From IMG/VR virus record IMGVR_UViG_3300024346_000007: a stretch of 64,000 nucleotides of DNA; one strand, 5' to 3'. Under the pieces are notes generated by a model, which saw only the letters and a program-made list of their open reading frames with translations, did not search any database and was not told the DNA's origin. Shown here one piece after another: positions 28,746-36,548 of the stretch. Every line of letters begins with the position of its first letter. The stretch's first letter is position 1. The DNA is from a virus. The position numbers and the translations under genes were made by a program.

Positions 28746-29045
28746 TTATATATCCATTCTAATTAAGAAATTCGTATCTGTATTTGCTGATATCGGCACT
28801 GGCTGTGCAAACTTAGCTACCATCAATAAATCATTAGCGTCATTATAAAACCCTACTGCACTTGCATATGGCATGAAATCAGACCCTGTTGCAAAAGCTA
28901 ACATAGTTTCTTCGCTTCCTGAATTTAATAAAGATGGGTTGTAGCTATAGTTCATCTCATGATCTTTAATAGTACATTTTATAGTACGTTCTATAATCAT
29001 GTGATTATTAGTAAAGTTAAGTTTAAAATCTTGATAAGTTATCAT
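28746..29045 (-). CDS. Stand-alone C-terminal domain of a baseplate/tail structural protein
   Basis: NYSYNPS...VGFYNDANDLLMVAKFAQP matches the C-terminus of 38627-39655 (NYTTNPS...IGLYNDANELLAVAKLSKP). Confidence 0.75.
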   Translation of the reverse strand: MITYQDFKLNFTNNHMIIERTIKCTIKDHEMNYSYNPSLLNSGSEETMLAFATGSDFMPYASAVGFYNDANDLLMVAKFAQPVPISANTDTNFLIRMDI

Positions 29046-29057
29046 ATTTTTATATTA

Positions 29058-30098
29058 TTAGCCACATGTTCCAGGACTCACACTAGTACATGTATTAACA
29101 GATACTACTCTTCCTGTAGGAATTACAACAGCAGAATAACCATTTCCCATATTTCCTACTCTAGTTATTCTGTGATACAATCCGTCTCCTCCAGTCCATA
29201 AAGTATATGTTGTTCCAGATTTAGTGTATAAATACTGGGCTACCAGTAGATTTTCATTTGAAACTGTTGCGTATACTGTTGTTGTTGGTAATACTGTAGA
29301 ATCACAAGCGGCTCCACAATTTGCATAACCAACAGAAGATATAGAGTAATCATAATAAGTGACATCAGAACAGTTATACGAGGTAGATAGGCTTCCTCCG
29401 TTGACTACAGATACCCCATTTACTTTTGTTATTGTTACAGTAGCTTGACCGTTTGTAAAATTTGATGCTAAATTATTAGTCCTGTAAACTAATATGTAAT
29501 CTTTGTATCCTATTGATGGGGATGTAACTGTCGTAACTTGTGTATTTGTTAGAGATGTTGGTATTCCAGCTAAAGTTACACTAGCGTATGAAGATGTTAC
29601 CACTGTTCCTAGTGCTGGAATTGATGCAGGCAGCACCGTCTCGTACAATATGCCGGATATAGAAGCACTTACAGAGTTTATACTAGTTATAAATTGTTGA
29701 GAAGTTACTGTAAACTCTACTGTTGTTCCTGCTGGTGCTACTAGCCTTGACCATATTCTGCCGCCACTTCCACAGTTATTACTGCTATTTGTAAAATTAC
29801 TATCGAAGTATATAGGAGCTTGTGTCGGAGTTGGAGATACCGTAGGGGTTGGAGTTATTGTGGGAGTTGGTGTGGGAGTTGGAGTAGACAGATTTATGTT
29901 TAAAGAAGTAGTACATGTGCCGATAGACGTAACAGTTATAACAGTAGCGTTTACATCTACATTTACAGGATACCCTGCTAATAGCTGTGATCTAGTGACA
30001 TTCATTGCAACCACTCCTAATACATTATCAGATATGTTAAAAGGTCCTGCTGAGGCTCCTATACTTGATACTGTTACTGTTATTGATTTAGTAGACAT
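29058..30098 (-). CDS. Mucin-like virion protein (anchor domain, TP linker, Cys-containing beta domains)
   Basis: STPTPTPTPTITPTPTVSPTPT linker; N-terminal AGPFxI...VTRSQLLAGY domain. Confidence 0.7.
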   Translation of the reverse strand: MSTKSITVTVSSIGASAGPFNISDNVLGVVAMNVTRSQLLAGYPVNVDVNATVITVTSIGTCTTSLNINLSTPTPTPTPTITPTPTVSPTPTQAPIYFDSNFTNSSNNCGSGGRIWSRLVAPAGTTVEFTVTSQQFITSINSVSASISGILYETVLPASIPALGTVVTSSYASVTLAGIPTSLTNTQVTTVTSPSIGYKDYILVYRTNNLASNFTNGQATVTITKVNGVSVVNGGSLSTSYNCSDVTYYDYSISSVGYANCGAACDSTVLPTTTVYATVSNENLLVAQYLYTKSGTTYTLWTGGDGLYHRITRVGNMGNGYSAVVIPTGRVVSVNTCTSVSPGTCG

Positions 30099-30119
30099 TT
30101 TTTATTTTTATTATTATGT

Positions 30120-30854
30120 TTAGACCTGTGCGCTTCCACAGATTAAAGCCCTATCAGTATTAGCATTAACAGTAACGGAAGAAATAGAACTACCGCCAAC
30201 ACTAGCAGGACAAGTGGCGGTAGTAGAGACACCGGTATAGTACACAAGAGTCTCATCTGATCCATCAGCAACACAATAATACACTGTAGTGCCTGGGGCA
30301 ACCGTAGCTAAGTACTTAATAGTACAATTAGATGCTAATGCCGATCCTCTTCTAGTCCAACTACCAGGGTCTCCAGTTGGAGAAGTCCATACAGCAACAG
30401 CGTCAATTGGTGCATCTTCTACATCAAATTTAGCATATATACTAAGCGTATAGGTTGTTACTGTTGGTGTTGGGGTTGGTGTTGGTGTAGCTGTTGGTGT
30501 TGGGGTAGCTGTTACTGTTGGTGTTGTGGTAGGCGGTGGTGTCGGCTCTATAACAGACCCTCCAGATAGAGAACAATCTACTACTACAGTAGGGGTTGGG
30601 GTTGGTGTAGGGGTGACTGTAGGAGTTGCAGTCGGAGGTTTTATATAATAGGTAACATAGTTATTACATCCTGAGTCCGTATTAAATACTATTATGCTAT
30701 TTGCTGATGAAGGTATTCCTGTTACGTTGTAGCCTGTCAAAAGATTACTTCTGGACACACCAGTGTCTAACTGAGTACCAACTGATATACTGTCGTAGTA
30801 TATGTCAAATGGCCCAGCAGCATCCCCAGAAATAAAAACTTGATAGTTGTTCAT
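30120..30854 (-). CDS. Mucin-like virion protein with two Thr-Pro tracts
   Basis: AGPFDI...VSRSNLLTGY domain, PTATPTVTPTPT repeats; late motif at 30859-30867. Confidence 0.7.
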   Translation of the reverse strand: MNNYQVFISGDAAGPFDIYYDSISVGTQLDTGVSRSNLLTGYNVTGIPSSANSIIVFNTDSGCNNYVTYYIKPPTATPTVTPTPTPTPTVVVDCSLSGGSVIEPTPPPTTTPTVTATPTPTATPTPTPTPTVTTYTLSIYAKFDVEDAPIDAVAVWTSPTGDPGSWTRRGSALASNCTIKYLATVAPGTTVYYCVADGSDETLVYYTGVSTTATCPASVGGSSISSVTVNANTDRALICGSAQV

Positions 30855-31942
30855 ATATTATAAATATTTTCTTTCTGGCTTTTATGTAAAGCAGAAGCCA
30901 CAACTTGGTGCATATCATAATATTTGTAGTCTGTAAGCCTCCCACCAAAGATGTATTTTGTCTCTTTGTCCATCATCTTTTTATAATTTTGGTACAACAA
31001 GTTATTAGTATCATCATTTATTGGGTAATATGGATCTCCTGTGGATTCTGGGTACTCAAATGTTACCACAGTATTCTTTTGTTTTCCAAATTCAAAATGT
31101 TTATGTTCTACTATCCTAGTAAAAGGCACTTCCTCATCAGTATAATTCATACCAGCAACACCTTGATAATCAGACATATTTAGTCTTATAGTATCAAATC
31201 TGAGGCTTCTATATTCTAACTTTCCGTACATATATGAGTAAAATCTATCTATGGGGCCTGTATATATGATTTTCTTACATATATCGTTAAAATAGTCCTT
31301 GTTGTTAAAATAATCAGTATCTAGGCGTACTTCTATGCCTGATAATAGGTTTTCAAATATCTGTGTGTATCCGCCTATTGGTATTCCTGAATACGTGTCT
31401 TCGTAGTAATTATCTTCAAAAGACATTCTTATAGGAAGCCTTCTTATTATGCTTGTCGGTAGCTCTTTTGGGTCTTTTTTCCATTGTTTTTTGGTGTACC
31501 CCTTCACAAATATATTGTACAGTTCAGGGCCTACTTGAGATAGAATCCACTCCTCTAGGTTCTTTGGGTTTGGTATATCTACTTTAACATCCTCTAGCTT
31601 TCTAAAAGCCTCATCTGGAGTTGTTACTCCATATACCTGATATAGAGTCATGAGATTTATAGGGAATGAGTATACTTTTCCTTTATAATTTACTTTAGGC
31701 CTGTAGCTAAAGTTATTAAACGTAGCGAATCTATTCACATAGTCCCATATCTTTTTATCTGATGTGTGGAATATATGAGGTCCGTATTTGTGAACATTTA
31801 TTCCATCTATATTCTCCGTATAGCAGTTTCCTCCTATATGAGATCTTTTTTCTACAACAAGGCATTTGTACCCTTTGTCCGTCATCTCTCTTGCGAAGAT
31901 AGACCCAAATAATCCTGATCCTACTATTAAATAGTCGTACAT
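30851..31942 (-). CDS. glf: UDP-galactopyranose mutase
   Basis: YDYLIVGSGLFG FAD motif, HIGGNCY, HKYGPHIFHT, FTRIVEHKHF, PYYP, GRLTDYKYYDMHQ. Confidence 0.97.
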   Translation of the reverse strand: MYDYLIVGSGLFGSIFAREMTDKGYKCLVVEKRSHIGGNCYTENIDGINVHKYGPHIFHTSDKKIWDYVNRFATFNNFSYRPKVNYKGKVYSFPINLMTLYQVYGVTTPDEAFRKLEDVKVDIPNPKNLEEWILSQVGPELYNIFVKGYTKKQWKKDPKELPTSIIRRLPIRMSFEDNYYEDTYSGIPIGGYTQIFENLLSGIEVRLDTDYFNNKDYFNDICKKIIYTGPIDRFYSYMYGKLEYRSLRFDTIRLNMSDYQGVAGMNYTDEEVPFTRIVEHKHFEFGKQKNTVVTFEYPESTGDPYYPINDDTNNLLYQNYKKMMDKETKYIFGGRLTDYKYYDMHQVVASALHKSQKENIYNI

Positions 31943-31947
31943 ATTAT

Positions 31948-32553
31948 TTATTTCTTCTTTAAAAAATATCTAGCAGTATTACAGATATTAGCATTTAGCA
32001 TTATTTCGTATCCTGGGAAGTATTGCTTTATATATTCTGCGTCTATTAATCCGTGAAACTCTATATCTACCCACCTAATCTGCTGTAAGTAATTAGAATT
32101 TTCAATAACATTAAACTCTCCTCCTTCAATATCCATTTTAAGAAAATCTACTATCGGTAGTTCTAGTTCTTCTAAGGTTTTTATTTCTACATTAAAAAAA
32201 CTGGTATTAACATAAGAACTTTCTCTTAGGCTATGGCCTCCAACATTATTAATATCTTCCGCCAAAACTCCAGAAGTGAAGTTATATCCAATAGCTGTCT
32301 TATATAAATTACTTTTGTTTTTAATGTGATTTTGTAAAAAAGTAAAATTGCCTTCTTCAGGCTCTATTAAATAAGCATCTTGTAGGGTAGGTATTTGTTC
32401 AAATAAAATATTAGAAAACTCACCTATGTTCGCTCCTACATCAACATACGAAATAATTTTATTTAACTTCAGAGTAGTTATAAGAGCTATAAAATAAGGC
32501 TCTTCAGTTAGTTCTTTTCTAGTATGATTTATGTGCCCTTCTCTAGTAAGCAT
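31948..32553 (-). CDS. FkbM-family methyltransferase
   Basis: VDVGANIG, IEP, DFLKMDIEGGE, IEFH. Confidence 0.9.
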   Translation of the reverse strand: MLTREGHINHTRKELTEEPYFIALITTLKLNKIISYVDVGANIGEFSNILFEQIPTLQDAYLIEPEEGNFTFLQNHIKNKSNLYKTAIGYNFTSGVLAEDINNVGGHSLRESSYVNTSFFNVEIKTLEELELPIVDFLKMDIEGGEFNVIENSNYLQQIRWVDIEFHGLIDAEYIKQYFPGYEIMLNANICNTARYFLKKK

Positions 32554-32620
32554 TTGTATTATTTTAATATGTCTAGTTAATTTATATTGTGATAATTACA
32601 ACATATTTTACATTGTGTAT

Positions 32621-33394
32621 CTAATATTTTATAAAGTTATCGCAATATATATCTTTTGTATCTAAATTATTAGCGGCTGGTCCAAACCAAGTTTTAGGTG
32701 CTATTATTTTTTTATTATCGTTATTTGATAACCAAGATCCCCACCAACTATAGCTGCTATTTGCTATTATATGATCATGGCATTTAGATATTAAACACAT
32801 GTCATATATCGGACTATTAGAATTAAATACTATATTTTTTCTTTTAAGGTTTTCTTCACACCAATTTTTATCATCAGATGTACATATAAAGATTGTATTG
32901 CCATCATCTAATGTGTCCATGGATTTATTATAATAGTCTATTGTACACAATGGATGATACTCAGTATTAAATAGATATCCAGCTCTCCTTACATGTAAAG
33001 ATACTAATTTTTTATTTTTAAATTGATTTATATAGATATCAACTTCTTTTACTGTATCCTCTTTAAAAGTAAACTCCTTCTTAACAATAGCAGAACAGTG
33101 TTTAAAATACTTATCTGTTTGAAAATATCCTTCAAAGTCTGTATCTTCTTTTATTTCAAAAACTCCCTCATTATAAGAAAATTCAATTTCTTTGTACAAA
33201 TTATTTGGTTTAATTGTTTTTTTTACAAACTCTTTTAAATCAAAAAATTCAAATAAATAACAATTTTTTACTATTTCTGGGTCTATTGCTATTCTGGCGT
33301 TTAATTTATATTTTATACCTAATAGAAGGGCATATTGAAACATTTGATTTCCTAATTGTCCATATACTCCAAGTTTACTAAAAGACACTTCCAT
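32621..33394 (-). CDS. Alpha-1,2-fucosyltransferase (GT11)
   Basis: GQLGNQMFQYA, GYFQ, SLHVRR, SDD, IIANSSYSWWG, IIAPKTWF. Confidence 0.93.
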   Translation of the reverse strand: MEVSFSKLGVYGQLGNQMFQYALLLGIKYKLNARIAIDPEIVKNCYLFEFFDLKEFVKKTIKPNNLYKEIEFSYNEGVFEIKEDTDFEGYFQTDKYFKHCSAIVKKEFTFKEDTVKEVDIYINQFKNKKLVSLHVRRAGYLFNTEYHPLCTIDYYNKSMDTLDDGNTIFICTSDDKNWCEENLKRKNIVFNSNSPIYDMCLISKCHDHIIANSSYSWWGSWLSNNDNKKIIAPKTWFGPAANNLDTKDIYCDNFIKY

Positions 33395-33396
33395 AA

Positions 33397-34083
33397 TTAT
33401 AAAATCATGTTATTATCATACCTTGCTTGCACAGATGGGTAGTAATCCACTTGAGTCTCTTCTAGGGTAGAATACCCTGGGATTTGCCAAGCTAGATTTT
33501 TATTGCACATATATAAATTATTTTGATGGTCTAGGGCTAGATCATGATAGCATATGTCAATTACCGGTATATGTTTAAACGGTATTTTTAATATTTTATC
33601 ATAAAAATGATTATTAACTGCATATGCATGTGCTGATAGTGCGCCTAATGACCTGCCTAGGTTATCTGTTACCTTTTGGTATATTAATGGGTTACAACCT
33701 ATATAAAACATATCCCATCTTTCCCTTATCTTTAAGTCTTCTATTGTTTTAGATAACTCCTCTATTATATCATCATGTAATGTAACATCATCTTCAAAAA
33801 TTAGTACATTTTTATACTGCATTAATTTTGCTCTAAGTACTACATTTATGTGTGATAAAGCACAAGATTTTGTAAACCTGGCATGTTCAGGTCTTTCATC
33901 GTTTCTAAAAAAACAACCATCTTGTTTAATACTTTCATTTTGTTCAGGAGATAGTGTTATTGCTGGGAATCTTTCTGCTTTTATGCCAAACTTAGAAAAT
34001 AATTTTTCTATATGGTCTTTTCTATCTGTTCTCTCTTCTAGATTTATGTAGAATATTTTATCAAAAAAATCAAAAGGATTCAT
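33397..34083 (-). CDS. Glycosyltransferase family 25
   Basis: YINLEERTDR, ERFPAI, CALSH, LIFEDD, AHAYAV motifs. Confidence 0.88.
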   Translation of the reverse strand: MNPFDFFDKIFYINLEERTDRKDHIEKLFSKFGIKAERFPAITLSPEQNESIKQDGCFFRNDERPEHARFTKSCALSHINVVLRAKLMQYKNVLIFEDDVTLHDDIIEELSKTIEDLKIRERWDMFYIGCNPLIYQKVTDNLGRSLGALSAHAYAVNNHFYDKILKIPFKHIPVIDICYHDLALDHQNNLYMCNKNLAWQIPGYSTLEETQVDYYPSVQARYDNNMIL

Positions 34084-34088
34084 ATTTT

Positions 34089-35225
34089 TTAAAATTTATT
34101 TATAAAATCAATCCACATTGGACCTATCTTTTTTATGTCAAAGTTTTCAAAAATATAAGATATACTCTTATCTCTCATACTTTCTTTTAATTCTATGTTC
34201 TCTTCTATCTGTTTTACTTTTTCTACAATATTATCTATGTAATCCATCTTAGGCTCATGTGTAACCCTCTCACTCATCATTCTTTCCATATCTATATTCG
34301 GAGGAAAATCTAGCTTATAATAATATCCTCCATAATACTCTTCATGGGATCCTAAAGGATATGATACTACTATTACTCCCATACCTAAAGCCTCTCCCAT
34401 TGCACAAGAGTGAACATCTTTATACACATGTTCATTTGGAGTGTATTGTGGGAATATAAAATAATCACTCGTGGCTAGTTCAGTAAATAATGTTTCTTTA
34501 TCTATCCCATTTCCTAAATTAACATAGTCAAATGCTACAAAATTTTCATCCCATCCTAACTCTTTTACAGCCTTTAAAGCTACATCTCCTCCTCTAGACC
34601 ATTGAGCTGGGAACACTACTTTCTTATGCTTTCTTTCTAGTTTCTTATCCAACACTTCTTTCATTACATCAAGTGTCATTGGATTAGGTATAACAGTTTC
34701 GTATACAGTTGGTATATTTTCTTCTAAGTATTTTATATTTTCTAAATGATGCTCTCTAGCCCATTTTGATATATTAACATATCCAACTTTTAAATTATGT
34801 TTAATTGCATAATCTTTTAACTCTGCCATATAATATCCCCATGATAGATGACACCAATAAAAAACTCCTCTTTTTATTTTTGCATTCAAATTATCATACT
34901 CACCAAACCATAAACAGTTGACCAGTATGTCAAAGTTAACATCTTCAATACCTTCTAAATTTGGTATATAAGTATATGTTACCCCGTTAACAATTTCCTT
35001 ACCTGGATTAAAGGTATACCCTCTATTGTTTCTATCTTCTTTTAGATTATCTCCTGACTCTTCTACTGCTACTACTACTTCATGGCCATTATTTGCTAGA
35101 TATTCTGCAACAAGTATGCTAGAGGTGTCAGTACCTGATAAACCCGCCTTGTCATATCTCATTTTATGACCGGTTATAAAATTACTTCTTGACCCGTTTC
35201 CTGTTACAACAAATAATATTCTCAT
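34089..35225 (-). CDS. GT-B fold (GT4-like) glycosyltransferase
   Basis: MRILFV...SGTD...LAxxGHEVVV N-terminus; DYFIFP...CAMGEALGMGVIVV donor-binding region. Confidence 0.75.
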   Translation of the reverse strand: MRILFVVTGNGSRSNFITGHKMRYDKAGLSGTDTSSILVAEYLANNGHEVVVAVEESGDNLKEDRNNRGYTFNPGKEIVNGVTYTYIPNLEGIEDVNFDILVNCLWFGEYDNLNAKIKRGVFYWCHLSWGYYMAELKDYAIKHNLKVGYVNISKWAREHHLENIKYLEENIPTVYETVIPNPMTLDVMKEVLDKKLERKHKKVVFPAQWSRGGDVALKAVKELGWDENFVAFDYVNLGNGIDKETLFTELATSDYFIFPQYTPNEHVYKDVHSCAMGEALGMGVIVVSYPLGSHEEYYGGYYYKLDFPPNIDMERMMSERVTHEPKMDYIDNIVEKVKQIEENIELKESMRDKSISYIFENFDIKKIGPMWIDFINKF

Positions 35226-36475
35226 ACATTAATATCTTTTTCGTATCTATCACTCCACTTTTTTTCTTCATCAAACATGTACATTACTATCTTACCTGGT
35301 TTGTCTTGAGAGTCTATTGTGACTGTATATTCATTTTTTGTAAGGTTAACATACTCTGGTTGCGTGTCTACATTAAAATCTTTTCTATGTAATTCCAATC
35401 CAGATTTTGTTTGTATTCCGAGTGTTATGAATTGGGGACTTTTAAATTCTAAATTTTTGAAAAACTCTATATCCCAGTCAACTGTTACATCGTATTTATA
35501 TGTCTTAAACTGTTCTTCCCAATCTATTGGGTTTGGCGGTTCTTTAACTTTAATAGTGTAGTCTTGTATTCTACAATTTTTAAAATCAAAACCTCCATAT
35601 ACTTCGTAATCATGTAAAGTTCTGGCTGTTCCTAATCCGTATATACCCATATCTATTCCATGATCTTCTTGACCAAATAGTTGCCTAGTCTTATTTCTGG
35701 CATATATATCTCTTTCTCCTGAAGTCTTTTTTGTGGCGCTTTCTAAACCATGATCTTCCCAATGTTTACGCCTATAATTCCTAGTGTATTCGTGCCACAT
35801 AACCATTCTATATGGGCTGTACATATCATATCCGTGCGTAAAGGCTCTTACGCTTAACGTAGTCTCCTCAGTATATCCACCAAAATAAATGTCTGGGTCA
35901 TACCTAACTTCGTCTATAAATTTACCGTCTACAAAATAAAAATGACCGCTGATAGTTCTTGCTTTTATTACTTTGGTTCTCTCCTTATAATCCTGAATAT
36001 ACCACGGCATGCTCATTAAAAGCTTATCATATGAAAACTCATACTGGGACATTAAAGATGGCAATTTTTCATAACTACATCTGCACTCTTCTGGATCAAA
36101 CGGAGTACAGTATGTGGTAATAATAGGCTTTTCAGACACTTCCAAAGCCTGTGCATAGTCTTCCATCATTATCTCATCCCACCCATCAACAAACCTATGA
36201 TGACTGTCTATTTGTAATGTGTATTTCTCTCCATCATACAAGCTGTTGGTGACGTTTCTAGCCCATCCTAATCCTGCACTCTCGCTATAGTGGTATTTTT
36301 TTATACGGAAGTTTGGCTTATCATCAAAGATTTCGGTATCTTCTTCTTCATCGTATTGCCAGCATATTCCAAATGTAAGTCGTTCAGGGTTTTTAGCCCT
36401 AGATAGCATGTCATCTATAGTAAGTATTAATTGTGGGTCCCTATAGCTTGCTATCTGTACAAATATTTTATCCAT
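35222..36475 (-). CDS. GT60-family polypeptide alpha-GlcNAc transferase (Pfam GlcNAc-like)
   Basis: IFVQIASYRDP, GLGWAR, YTLQIDSHHRF, ITTY, YDPDIYFGG.EE, RAFTHGYD, WHEY, YGLGTARTL motifs. Confidence 0.88.
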   Translation of the reverse strand: MDKIFVQIASYRDPQLILTIDDMLSRAKNPERLTFGICWQYDEEEDTEIFDDKPNFRIKKYHYSESAGLGWARNVTNSLYDGEKYTLQIDSHHRFVDGWDEIMMEDYAQALEVSEKPIITTYCTPFDPEECRCSYEKLPSLMSQYEFSYDKLLMSMPWYIQDYKERTKVIKARTISGHFYFVDGKFIDEVRYDPDIYFGGYTEETTLSVRAFTHGYDMYSPYRMVMWHEYTRNYRRKHWEDHGLESATKKTSGERDIYARNKTRQLFGQEDHGIDMGIYGLGTARTLHDYEVYGGFDFKNCRIQDYTIKVKEPPNPIDWEEQFKTYKYDVTVDWDIEFFKNLEFKSPQFITLGIQTKSGLELHRKDFNVDTQPEYVNLTKNEYTVTIDSQDKPGKIVMYMFDEEKKWSDRYEKDINV

Positions 36476-36497
36476 AACACTTTTTTAAAAATAATGA

Positions 36498-36505
36498 CAA
36501 ATATA
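36498..36505 (-). promoter_or_regulatory. Possible Bacteroidota -7 element upstream of the glycosyltransferase operon
   Basis: TATATTTG on minus strand, 22 nt before the GT60 ATG; no clear -33 TTTG. Confidence 0.4.
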
Positions 36506-36548
36506 GTATTTTTTACACACTTTACTACATTTTTACTATAATATTATA

